Source of the DNA: an uncultured Flavobacteriaceae bacterium
GTDB lineage: Bacteria; Bacteroidota; Bacteroidia; Flavobacteriales; Flavobacteriaceae
DNA: 54,379 nucleotides
NCBI GenBank assembly: GCA_964563585.1
Contig: CAZLXG010000004.1
Span: forward strand, 8,594 to 62,972
Direction: 5' to 3'
Shown: piece after piece, positions 19,502-28,311 of the stretch
Layout of the letters: each line of letters begins with the position of its first letter
How positions within the stretch are numbered: position 1 is the stretch's first letter
Translations under genes and position numbers: made by a program
The notes under the pieces: generated by a model
What the model was told of the DNA's origin: nothing
What the model saw: only the letters and a program-made list of their open reading frames with translations
Database searches by the model: none

Positions 19502-20398
19502 TTAGTTGTCGTCGGTTAATTTTAAAAACTGTTCTTCTAAACTTTCTTTACGTTTTACTAAATGAGAAAGTGTAATGCCTTTTTCAAACATAAGTTTATT
19601 AAATCCCGTGGCATCCATTGAATCGTTTAAAAAAGCTGTGATTAATCCATCTTCAATTTTAAGTTTTCCAAAAGATGTATTGCTTTCTAAAACTTTAATT
19701 AATTCCTCATGCTTATCAGATTTTAATTCAAAAAAACCATGACTGTTAATCATTTCATCTACACGACCAGAATATAGTTTTTCACCTTTACGCAATACCA
19801 CAACATGTGAACAAACTTTTTCAACTTCATCTAATAAATGCGAAGCCAATAAAATGGTAGTTCCTTTTGCAGCAATATCTTTTATAATTTCTCTTATTTG
19901 ATGAATCCCTTGTGGATCTAAACCATTTGTAGGTTCATCTAAAATTAAAATTTCTGGATCATTTAATAGGGCAGAAGCAATGGCTAAACGTTGTTTCATA
20001 CCTAAAGAGTAGGTGCTAAATTTGCTATTTTTTCTATCTAAAAGCCCAACAAGGTCAAGTTTTTCTTCTATTTTGTTATAATCAACACCTTTAATTTTAC
20101 AAACTAGTTTCAGGTTTTGTGTAGCAGTCATGTACGGATAAAAATTTGGTCGCTCTATAATCGCTCCAACTTTTTTTAGAGCATCATGTGTAGTGGTTTG
20201 TCCGTCAAACCAATGAAAATCACCTTCGGTTTTATTTACAACATTTAAAACAATGCCTAAAGTTGTAGATTTACCGCTTCCGTTTGGCCCTAAAATACCA
20301 TACACATCTCCTTTGTTAATGGTGAATGTTAAATTTTTTACAGCAGTTAAATACCCGAATTTTTTAGTAAGATTGTTAATAGAAAGTATTGGTTCCAA
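19502..20398 (-). CDS. ABC transporter ATP-binding protein (ABC-2 type)
   Basis: 298 aa. Walker A GPNGSGKST, Q-loop, signature YSLGMKQRL, Walker B ILILDEP, H-loop SH. Confidence 0.9.
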   Translation of the reverse strand: MEPILSINNLTKKFGYLTAVKNLTFTINKGDVYGILGPNGSGKSTTLGIVLNVVNKTEGDFHWFDGQTTTHDALKKVGAIIERPNFYPYMTATQNLKLVCKIKGVDYNKIEEKLDLVGLLDRKNSKFSTYSLGMKQRLAIASALLNDPEILILDEPTNGLDPQGIHQIREIIKDIAAKGTTILLASHLLDEVEKVCSHVVVLRKGEKLYSGRVDEMINSHGFFELKSDKHEELIKVLESNTSFGKLKIEDGLITAFLNDSMDATGFNKLMFEKGITLSHLVKRKESLEEQFLKLTDDN

Positions 20399-20505
20399 GT
20401 TATAATATTTTTAAGCTGAAACTAAAATCAGCAAAGGTTAGTTATTTAAGTATGACGAGACTATGTCAATTTTGTTACAAGTGTATCAATAAAAGCTTTA
20501 AATTG

Positions 20506-20587
20506 AAAAAGAATTCCTCCATGTTTTAATATCGAGGTTTCCGTTAAAATTGTCATTTTCGCTAAAGTTGGGAATCTAAAATAAAGA
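20506..20587 (+). repeat. copy A of an ~80-bp double-hairpin intergenic element
   Basis: Shares the ordered blocks aaaaagaattcc / ggtttccg / aaattgt / gggaatctaaaataaaga with 22265-22344. The hairpin arms are degenerate here. Confidence 0.6.
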
Positions 20588-20633
20588 ATAATTTTTTGAA
20601 AAATATTTCTTTACTTTGAATAACTTTTAACTT

Positions 20634-21695
20634 ATGGAAGATTTAAAGATATCTAAAAAAAAACCATCATATTCTATAACCTCTAAATTAGACAATTATC
20701 TTTCTGAATATAACAGAAATATAAAAATTCCTATTTTTTATGATGATTTGTTACGCTTTCAAGGTTCTATTGTGGTGTATGATAAAAATGATAACGATAC
20801 GCTTTGGGTACGTGTTTATTACAATGAATTTGAAAGAGAAGAAATAGATTTATCATTAAAAAAAGTATATACACTTTTACATTCTGATGGTAACGAAAAT
20901 ACTATTCCGTTTTTAAATGTTGATGCTATTGATTTTTGTACGTTCGGAAATTCTAAACCTTTCAGAATTAAAATCAGGAATATTTTAAATGATAATTATA
21001 CATATTTTTATGTGAAAATTGCTGATGCATCACGTGTTTATGGATTGGAGTTAGAGCATATGTTATCGCCATATAATTTAAACTTTTTAGTAAGTAATAA
21101 CACTTTAATTGAAGAGCATGTAGCAGGCATACCAGGTGATGAGTTTATTAAACATATGTTGCCAAAATGTAGTAAATCTGAAAAATCTCAAATAGCAAAA
21201 GAGTTTGTTAAGTTTAACGAGCGTTGTATGATTAGGCTTTTAGGCGATATGCGTTCGTATAATTATGTAATTGTACCAACACATGATTTTGACCATGTTG
21301 TTTATAAAATTAGAGCTATTGATTTCGACCAGCAATCCTATGAAGGGAAATTTAATATTTACAGACCGCAGTTTTTTAAAGAGAATTTAAAAATGGTTGA
21401 GTTGGTTGCTGAAAGCATTGAGAAACTATCTATCAATCAATATAAAATTGAAGAACGTTCCATTCTTGTAAAACGATTAAAAAGTTTTCACGATAGGGTA
21501 GATGAGTTATTAGATTGTATGTTAGCAGATTCTATTTCGAAACAAGAAAATATAGATTTATTAAAAACTAAAATTTTCGATTACACGCAGGACGTTAAGT
21601 TTAAACGTTGTAAAAATATGGGAGAAATACTTAAAAATGCACTTGGGTTTTTAGTGCATAATTATGAAAATGTAAACCCATTAAATTTTCAATAA
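20634..21695 (+). CDS. hypothetical protein with a possible atypical protein-kinase-like fold
   Basis: 353 aa. LGDMRSYNYVI (D-x4-N) followed by AIDFDQ resembles the catalytic loop and metal-binding Asp of kinase-like phosphotransferases. This is an inference only. Confidence 0.5.
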   Translation: MEDLKISKKKPSYSITSKLDNYLSEYNRNIKIPIFYDDLLRFQGSIVVYDKNDNDTLWVRVYYNEFEREEIDLSLKKVYTLLHSDGNENTIPFLNVDAIDFCTFGNSKPFRIKIRNILNDNYTYFYVKIADASRVYGLELEHMLSPYNLNFLVSNNTLIEEHVAGIPGDEFIKHMLPKCSKSEKSQIAKEFVKFNERCMIRLLGDMRSYNYVIVPTHDFDHVVYKIRAIDFDQQSYEGKFNIYRPQFFKENLKMVELVAESIEKLSINQYKIEERSILVKRLKSFHDRVDELLDCMLADSISKQENIDLLKTKIFDYTQDVKFKRCKNMGEILKNALGFLVHNYENVNPLNFQ

Positions 21696-21704
21696 AATCG
21701 AAAC

Positions 21705-22220
21705 TTAGTTCCAGTTTTCATCGAAGTCTAAATAGTCATAGTCATCAACATCTAACTCATCTTTGAACTCATTAAAGTCGTCATCATTATCGGCTTCAAA
21801 TATTTTTTCTGGAGCAGTATCAGGTACTTGTCCTTGTACAAACATAAGGTTTGGGTAGTCTGTTCCTTCTGTAACTTCAACAATTTCAGCAAGCTCAACA
21901 AAAAATGTCCACATACTTAAAAAATCGTATACATAAATAAGTTTTGTTTGTACTTCGTGTACGACATCATTTATTGTAGTTTCATTCATTAAGCGAACAG
22001 GATTTGCACCTTCGCTTACATCAAACATCGATATTTCTTCACCTTGATTCCATTGGTCATCACTTAAATAAAACGATGCCATTTCCATACCATCAAATCC
22101 AAACGATTGAGTGATAATATTATGTAAGTCTTCTAATGTGTCAGTTTCACGAATTTCTAAATCGCGAAAAATATCATCTTCCGTATCGTTGTCGAGTATA
22201 ACTCTAAATCTGTAAATCAT
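21705..22220 (-). CDS. pRiA4b ORF-3-like (MM3350-like; IS1096 passenger TnpR family naming) domain protein with an acidic tail
   Basis: 171 aa. The N-terminus MIYRFRVILDNDTEDDIFRDLEIRETDTLEDLHNIITQSFGFD matches my memory of that family. The C-terminus is a D/E-rich tail. Confidence 0.55.
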   Translation of the reverse strand: MIYRFRVILDNDTEDDIFRDLEIRETDTLEDLHNIITQSFGFDGMEMASFYLSDDQWNQGEEISMFDVSEGANPVRLMNETTINDVVHEVQTKLIYVYDFLSMWTFFVELAEIVEVTEGTDYPNLMFVQGQVPDTAPEKIFEADNDDDFNEFKDELDVDDYDYLDFDENWN

Positions 22221-22264
22221 TGTAAAAAATTATGATGCAAAGGTATGTTTTTTTTCAATTATTC

Positions 22265-22344
22265 AAAAAGAATTCCACGAGTCTAAACCTCGTGGTTTCC
22301 GCTGAAATTGTTATTCCCGTGAAAACGGGAATCTAAAATAAAGA
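22265..22344 (+). repeat. copy B of the ~80-bp double-hairpin intergenic element
   Basis: Has two clean hairpins, ccacgag-tctaaac-ctcgtgg and attcccgt-gaaa-acgggaat, plus the same flanking blocks as copy A, in the same orientation. Confidence 0.6.
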
Positions 22345-22350
22345 TTTTCT

Positions 22351-23367
22351 TTATTTACTGAAACGATGTAAAGTAAATGTCATAGCACTTAATAGTAAAA
22401 AAGCGCCTATTTGGTGTGCAACTCCTAGCCAAACAGGGACTTGTAATAAAATGGTTAAAACACCTAATAAAAATTGAATGGTTACAATGACTAATAATGC
22501 TTTGATACCTTTTGATTGTGTTGATGTAATATTTATTTTTTTTGATTTATACCAAATCATAAAAATTAAGATCACAACTATATAAGCGAGTATTCTATGT
22601 GCAAATTGCACACCACTTTTACCTTCTATAAAGTTTTTATATATGGGGTTTTGCTCTATATAAACAGTTTCGTGTATAAACTTACCATCATTCATTAAAG
22701 GCCAATGGTTGTGTATAAAACCAGCATCTAAACCTGCTACAAAAGCGCCATAAATTATTTGAAGTAGGAGTACAGATAATCCAATTCTAATAAAGTTTCT
22801 TAATCTTGTATTGATTGTTTTTTTCTGAGGAAATATTAAATCTAAAGCTACCCAAAACGTATATGCAAAGGTTATAAATGCGGTTGTTAAATGAGCTGCT
22901 AATCTGTAATGACTAACATCTGGATTGTCTACCAAACCACTTTTAACCATATACCAACCTAAAAAACCTTGAAATGCACCCAGACCAAGTAGTATAATTG
23001 ATTTTTTTATAGTAGATTTTGTAAGTTGTTTTCTTATTAAAAAGTATAGAAATGGTAAGAAAAAAACTAAACCAATCATTCTGCCAATAAAACGATGTAG
23101 CCATTCCCAGAAATAAATATCTTTAAAATCTTGTAATGAAAATCGATTGTTTAGTTTTTGATATTCTGGATATTGCTTGTATAAATCGAAAGCAGTTTCC
23201 CATTCAACATCATTCATTGGTGGAATTGTACCAGAAATTAATTTGTAATTTGAAATTGATAAACCAGAATGTGTTAAACGTGTTATGCCGCCAATAACTA
23301 CCATAATGAATATGAGCAAACATCCTATAAACAGCCAGTAAATTACTTTTTTGTTATTTTTTTTCAT
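22351..23367 (-). CDS. ctaA: heme A synthase (COX15/CtaA family)
   Basis: 338 aa polytopic protein. TRLTHSGLSI near TM1, and conserved His in HR.IG, AAHL and AHQIGA contexts typical of COX15/CtaA. Confidence 0.8.
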   Translation of the reverse strand: MKKNNKKVIYWLFIGCLLIFIMVVIGGITRLTHSGLSISNYKLISGTIPPMNDVEWETAFDLYKQYPEYQKLNNRFSLQDFKDIYFWEWLHRFIGRMIGLVFFLPFLYFLIRKQLTKSTIKKSIILLGLGAFQGFLGWYMVKSGLVDNPDVSHYRLAAHLTTAFITFAYTFWVALDLIFPQKKTINTRLRNFIRIGLSVLLLQIIYGAFVAGLDAGFIHNHWPLMNDGKFIHETVYIEQNPIYKNFIEGKSGVQFAHRILAYIVVILIFMIWYKSKKINITSTQSKGIKALLVIVTIQFLLGVLTILLQVPVWLGVAHQIGAFLLLSAMTFTLHRFSK

Positions 23368-24790
23368 TTGTACTTAATCCTAATTTTTCACCTTCTTTTA
23401 GCATTAATTGAAATGCAGCTTCGTGTTCATTTGGAATAACGCCATCTAAAATAGCTTCTTTTATTTTTTCTTTAATAATACCAATTTCTCGTGAAGGTTT
23501 TATGTTGAAGGTTTTTATTATGTCGCTACCAGAAATAGGTGGTTGAAAATTTCGAACATGGTCGCGTGCTTCAACTTCAATAATTTTGTTTCGAACAACC
23601 TTGAAATTGTTATGATATTTTTTGAATTTATTGGGATTCTTAGTTGTAATATCTGCTTCACAAAGTGTCATTAAATCATCTACATAATCGCCAGCATCAA
23701 ATACTAAACGCCTTACAGCAGAATCTGTAACATCTTGTGCAAGTACAATTGGACGTGAACTCATAAACACTAATTTCTGAACAAATTTCATTTTTTCATT
23801 CAATGGCATTTTCAATCTTTTAAATAATTGATATACCATTTTTGAGCCTTCAAATTCGTGTGCATGAAAAGTCCAACCTACTTTTTTACTAAACTTTTTT
23901 GTTGGTGCTTTTCCAATATCGTGTAGTAAAGCTGCCCAACGTAACCATACATCTTCTGTATGTTTAGAAATATTATCGACCACTTCTAGCGTGTGGTAAA
24001 AATTATCTTTATGACGCTGACCTTCAATGTCATCAATACCTTTAAGCGCAGTAAGTTCCGGTAGAATATGTTTTAAAAGCTTTGTTTTTTCTAATAGAAG
24101 AAATCCAATTGAAGGTGTTTTACTTTCAAGAATTTTATTAAGTTCAACAACAATGCGCTCATTAGTAATAATTTCAATGCGTTGATTGTTTCTTGAAATA
24201 GCATCTAATGATTCTTTTTCAATTGTAAAATTAAGTTGTGTTGCAAACCTAATGGCACGCATCATACGCAACGGGTCATCACTATATGTAATATCTGGAT
24301 TTAATGGTGTGCGAATGATTTTATTTTCTAAATCTTGAAGCCCATTAAAAGGGTCGAGAAGATTCCCGAAATTTTCTTCAGACAAATCTAAAGCAAAAGC
24401 ATTTATGGTAAAATCACGTCTGTTTTGGTCGTCTTCTAAAGTTCCGTTTTCAACAATAGGGTTTCTACTGTCTTCGTTGTAAGATTCTTTTCTAGCTCCA
24501 ACAAATTCAATATCAATATCATCATAACGTAACATTGCAGTTCCGTAAGTTTTAAATATTTGAACGTTCGGCGTGTTTGGTAAGTTTTTTGCAACCTGTT
24601 TTGCAAGTTCTATTCCACTACCAATTGTAACAATATCAATATCTTTATGTGTACCTCTTTTTAAAATAAAATCGCGTACAAATCCACCAATAACATAACT
24701 GTCTAAACCTAATTCGGAAGTAGATTTAGTAATAATTTTAAAAATGTTATGCTGTAACGCTTGCTTGTAATTCATATTCTTTTTTGCCAC
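23354..24790 (-). CDS. CCA-adding / poly(A) polymerase family tRNA nucleotidyltransferase with an HD domain
   Basis: 478 aa. GGFVRD...DID nucleotidyltransferase head, RDFTINA, DPLRMMRAIRF, and HD motif LLHDIGK. The track start is a GTG at 24790; an ATG at 24775 (MNYKQ...) is an equally plausible start. Confidence 0.85.
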   Translation of the reverse strand: MAKKNMNYKQALQHNIFKIITKSTSELGLDSYVIGGFVRDFILKRGTHKDIDIVTIGSGIELAKQVAKNLPNTPNVQIFKTYGTAMLRYDDIDIEFVGARKESYNEDSRNPIVENGTLEDDQNRRDFTINAFALDLSEENFGNLLDPFNGLQDLENKIIRTPLNPDITYSDDPLRMMRAIRFATQLNFTIEKESLDAISRNNQRIEIITNERIVVELNKILESKTPSIGFLLLEKTKLLKHILPELTALKGIDDIEGQRHKDNFYHTLEVVDNISKHTEDVWLRWAALLHDIGKAPTKKFSKKVGWTFHAHEFEGSKMVYQLFKRLKMPLNEKMKFVQKLVFMSSRPIVLAQDVTDSAVRRLVFDAGDYVDDLMTLCEADITTKNPNKFKKYHNNFKVVRNKIIEVEARDHVRNFQPPISGSDIIKTFNIKPSREIGIIKEKIKEAILDGVIPNEHEAAFQLMLKEGEKLGLSTNEKK

Positions 24791-24798
24791 GAATACAC
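24786..24798. repeat. left arm of a 13-bp perfect inverted repeat
   Basis: gccacgaatacac here; its exact reverse complement gtgtattcgtggc is at 25000-25012. Confidence 0.85.
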
Positions 24799-24811
24799 GA
24801 ATGTTTTTTGT

Positions 24812-24991
24812 TTATAAAACTATTCTTTTATGGTCTAATATAATTTTATCAAATACAACAAAATCTGTATAGAATTTATGTTTTAGAACTATATCTTTAT
24901 ATTTAACACTAAACTCTTTTTTTCTTTGAAATAGAATATTTAAAGATTTAAACTCATATTCTAGCGCATCTTTAAAAATAATTTTTGACAT
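24812..24991 (-). pseudogene. truncated GxxExxY / PD-(D/E)XK-like protein remnant (59 codons)
   Basis: A hand translation gives MSKIIFKDALEYEFKSLNILFQRKKEFSVKYKDIVLKHKFYTDFVVFDKIILDHKRIVL. This aligns by eye with the central ALxYEL...V.YK...D..V.DKIIVELK core of GxxExxY proteins, which are normally about 125 aa. Both the N-terminal GxxExxY helix and the C-terminus are missing. Confidence 0.45.
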
Positions 24992-24999
24992 AACAATTT

Positions 25000-25012
25000 G
25001 TGTATTCGTGGC
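25000..25012. repeat. right arm of the 13-bp perfect inverted repeat
   Basis: gtgtattcgtggc, the reverse complement of 24786-24798. Confidence 0.85.
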
Positions 25013-25018
25013 TTAGAT

Positions 25019-25579
25019 TTATTCACGTATAATCTTTACAATACCATTATTACTTAATTTAATAATTGATGATGGTTTATTGCAAATTTTTTCGTGATGC
25101 AAATTTACAATATAGTCTACACCTTTTAAAATATCGTCACTTATTTCTTTAAAGCATTTTGGTGTTGGTTGCCCGCTTATATTTGCAGAAGTTGAAACAA
25201 TAGCACCGTTAAACTTTCTAGTTAATTGGTAGCAGAATTCATCATCAGGTATTCTAATAGCTATTGTATTGTCGCTAGCAATTAAGTTAGCTGCTAAATT
25301 TTGAGGATTATCATAAATGATAGTAGTAGGTTTTTCGGCGATATCAATAATTTCTAAAACAGTTTCAGGTATTTCTTTTATATATTTTTTTAGCATATTA
25401 GCATTAGCTACTAAGCATATAAGGGATTTGCTATTTTCTCGTTGTTTTAATTTGTAAATTTTTTTAATTGCATTTGTATTAGTTGCATCACAGCCAATGC
25501 CCCAAATGGTATCTGTAGGGTAGAGTATAAGTCCACCGTTTTTTAGTATTTTAAACGCTCTGTTTATTTCATATTGCAT
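25019..25579 (-). CDS. tsaC: L-threonylcarbamoyladenylate synthase (YrdC/TsaC family)
   Basis: 186 aa. LILYPTDTIWGIGCDA, SLICLV and VSTSANISG motifs of the YrdC domain. Confidence 0.85.
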   Translation of the reverse strand: MQYEINRAFKILKNGGLILYPTDTIWGIGCDATNTNAIKKIYKLKQRENSKSLICLVANANMLKKYIKEIPETVLEIIDIAEKPTTIIYDNPQNLAANLIASDNTIAIRIPDDEFCYQLTRKFNGAIVSTSANISGQPTPKCFKEISDDILKGVDYIVNLHHEKICNKPSSIIKLSNNGIVKIIRE

Positions 25580-25650
25580 AAATCAAAAATAATAAACTAG
25601 CAGGAATAATAGTTTATATTTGTTCTTTAAAGACTAGATAAATAATTTAG

Positions 25651-26760
25651 ATGACAGTATTACATATTTCTGGAGCAACATCATGGGGAGGAAATGAGCA
25701 ACAACTAATAGATATTATACCTGCTTTAAAAAAATTAAATGTTAAGAGTTTAGTTTTTGGAGTTAAAAATTCGCCTTTGCATAATAAATGCGAGGAAAAC
25801 TCAATACAATTTATTTATTCAGAGACCGAAAAGCTCAATAAATTTTCTAATTATAAATTTTTAAAACAACTTGTCAAAGATATAAATCCAAGTATTATTC
25901 ATTTGCATACAAGCAATTCAATAACCGTTTTTGTTATTTCTGATTTATTATATAAATTAAAAACGCCAACAGTTTTTTCTAAAAAAGGAATGGGCAATAG
26001 TATGAGTTGGCTGAGTCTTTATAAGTATAATTATAAAAATATTAATGCTGTTTTATGTGTTTCTGAGGCTGTAAGAAAATCTATGAAAGCTAAGATAATG
26101 AAACTTAAAAATCATCATAAATTAAAAGTTGTTTATGAGGGAATTAATATAGATAGGTTGCAATTAAGCTCTTTAGAAACAACTAATACTTTTAGTATCG
26201 ATAATAATAAGAATAAATTTACTATTGGTAATATAGCAAACCATAATCCTGCAAAAGATTTAGTAACATTAATAAAAGCTATTGATTATTTAGTGAACGA
26301 GATAGGGTTTAAAAAATTTCATTTATACCAGATAGGAGCTTATTCTAAACATACTGCAGGATTGAAAGAATTAATTGAAGAATTAAATATAAAAAATTAT
26401 ATTAGTTTGGTGGGGTTTGTTAAAGGTGTTGAACAAGTATTTTCTAAATTTGATATTTATGTTATGAGCAGTGAAAGAGAAGGATTGCCATTAACTATTT
26501 ATGAAGCATTTTATAAAAAAATACCTGTAGTAAGTACAAAAGCTGGAGGTATTCCTGAAGTAATAAGTGATGGTGTTAATGGTTTTTTAGTAAAAATAAA
26601 AGATTATAAAAAGTTAGCAAAAAAAATAAAAGAACTCTTAGAATCAAAAGAAACACAAGCTAAATTTAGCGAGGCATCTTTTAAATTGTTCAATAAGAAA
26701 TATGATGTGAATAAAACTGCAATTAAGATGTTGGATGAATACCATAATATAGCTAAATGA
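25651..26760 (+). CDS. glycosyltransferase family 4 (GT-B, GT1 domain)
   Basis: 369 aa. The C-terminal SEREGLPLTIYEAFYKKIPVVSTKAGGIPEVI is the EX7E region of GT4 enzymes. Confidence 0.85.
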   Translation: MTVLHISGATSWGGNEQQLIDIIPALKKLNVKSLVFGVKNSPLHNKCEENSIQFIYSETEKLNKFSNYKFLKQLVKDINPSIIHLHTSNSITVFVISDLLYKLKTPTVFSKKGMGNSMSWLSLYKYNYKNINAVLCVSEAVRKSMKAKIMKLKNHHKLKVVYEGINIDRLQLSSLETTNTFSIDNNKNKFTIGNIANHNPAKDLVTLIKAIDYLVNEIGFKKFHLYQIGAYSKHTAGLKELIEELNIKNYISLVGFVKGVEQVFSKFDIYVMSSEREGLPLTIYEAFYKKIPVVSTKAGGIPEVISDGVNGFLVKIKDYKKLAKKIKELLESKETQAKFSEASFKLFNKKYDVNKTAIKMLDEYHNIAK

Positions 26761-27554
26761 TTACAACTTTAATTATAACCACTTACAATTGGCCAGAAGC
26801 TTTAGAGTTAGTTTTAATTAGTGTTAAGAACCAAAGTATATTGCCTACCGAGGTTATTATTGCTGATGATGGCTCTAAAAATGAAACAAAGCAACTAATT
26901 GAAAAATATCAAACCAATTTCCCTGTGCCATTAAAGCATGTTTGGCATGAAGATAGCGGGTTTAATAAATCGATGATTTTAAATAAAGCAATTGTAAATG
27001 CGGTTGGAAATTATATTATTCAATCTGATGGCGACTGCATATTGCATCCACATTTTGTGAAAGATCATTTGGATTTTTCTGAAAAAGGGACTTATTTGTT
27101 TGGTTGTAGAGTAAACATACAAAAGGTATATTTGAATATATTATTTTCAAAAAAGCAAACACGTTTTAATAGCTTTTCTAAAGGAATAAAAAAAAGATCG
27201 AGGGCTTTACATATCTCTATATTGAGTCAGTTTTATAAAAAAAGTAATTTATTTTCAAAAAAATATAGAGGATGTAACACCTCTTACTTTAAGGCTAATG
27301 CTATTGCTATAAATGGTTATAATGAAGATATAAAAGGTTGGGGTAGAGAAGATTCTGAATTTGCATTGCGATTACATAATTTAGGTATAGATGGACGGCG
27401 ATTAAGGTATAGAGGTATTGTGTTTCATATATATCACTTAGAAAAGGCAAAAGATAGATTAGAAATTAATGATGATATTGAGCAAAAGGCAATATTAGAA
27501 AAACATGTTTGGTGTGTTAACGGCATTGATAAATATTTAGATGAAAAGCAATAA
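26757..27554 (+). CDS. glycosyltransferase family 2
   Basis: 265 aa. LIITTYNWPEALELVL, IIADDGS and QSDGDC (DxD) motifs. Its ATGA start overlaps the upstream GT4 gene. Confidence 0.85.
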   Translation: MITTLIITTYNWPEALELVLISVKNQSILPTEVIIADDGSKNETKQLIEKYQTNFPVPLKHVWHEDSGFNKSMILNKAIVNAVGNYIIQSDGDCILHPHFVKDHLDFSEKGTYLFGCRVNIQKVYLNILFSKKQTRFNSFSKGIKKRSRALHISILSQFYKKSNLFSKKYRGCNTSYFKANAIAINGYNEDIKGWGREDSEFALRLHNLGIDGRRLRYRGIVFHIYHLEKAKDRLEINDDIEQKAILEKHVWCVNGIDKYLDEKQ

Positions 27555-28311
27555 GACCATACATAGAAATTTTGAATGCAATCGTACTTTTTTTAATGAC
27601 ATTATTAATAATTTTGACAGCAAAGGTGAGAATTTTGGTAATCAAGACAGGAATTCTTTAAAACTATTTAAGTTAGATAATAAAACTATTAATGTTAAGT
27701 CTTTTAAAGTGCCTAACATTGTTAACCAAATTGCATATCGTTTTTTTAGAAAAAGTAAAGCGCAACGATCGTTCGAGTATGCAAATAAACTTAAAGAATT
27801 AAATATAGGAACACCACAACCCATTGCATATTACGAATATAAAACGCCTTTATTTTTTAATAAAAGTTTTTACATAAGCGAGCAAATAGATTGCGATTTA
27901 ACTTATAGAGAATTAACCACAGATTTTAATATTACTAATTATAACAAAATTCTTAGAGCATTTACAAGGTTTACTTTTAATTTGCATAAAAAAAATATTC
28001 ATTTTTTAGATCATTCTCCAGGAAATACATTGATAAAGAAAATTGATAATAAGTATAATTTCTATTTGGTTGATTTAAACCGAATGGAATTTAAAACTTT
28101 AGATTTTGAAACTAGAATTAAGAATTTTTCTAAGTTAACCATTCATAAACAAATGGTTGAAGTTATGAGCGATGAGTATGCAAAATGCTCAGGAGAAAAT
28201 TATGATACTATTTTTAACTTAATGTGGAAATTTACCCAAGAGTTTCAAAATAAATACCATCGAAAAAGACGTTTAAAAAAGAAACTTAAATTTTGGAAAT
28301 CAGCCAATTAA
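27541..28311 (+). CDS. lipopolysaccharide kinase (Kdo/WaaP/InaA-like) family protein
   Basis: 256 aa. FLDHSPGNTLI (D-x4-N catalytic loop) and LVDLNRMEF. It sits among LPS-type transferases. Confidence 0.65.
   Translation: MKSNKTIHRNFECNRTFFNDIINNFDSKGENFGNQDRNSLKLFKLDNKTINVKSFKVPNIVNQIAYRFFRKSKAQRSFEYANKLKELNIGTPQPIAYYEYKTPLFFNKSFYISEQIDCDLTYRELTTDFNITNYNKILRAFTRFTFNLHKKNIHFLDHSPGNTLIKKIDNKYNFYLVDLNRMEFKTLDFETRIKNFSKLTIHKQMVEVMSDEYAKCSGENYDTIFNLMWKFTQEFQNKYHRKRRLKKKLKFWKSAN

Noticed and set aside
18648-20398. The possibility that the ABC pair is gldA/gldF of the gliding-motility ABC transporter.
   Set aside because: No gldG-like third component is present. The 274-aa permease looks like a generic ABC-2 exporter subunit. 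Without a search I cannot support the gld assignment, so it is left as a generic ABC-2 exporter.
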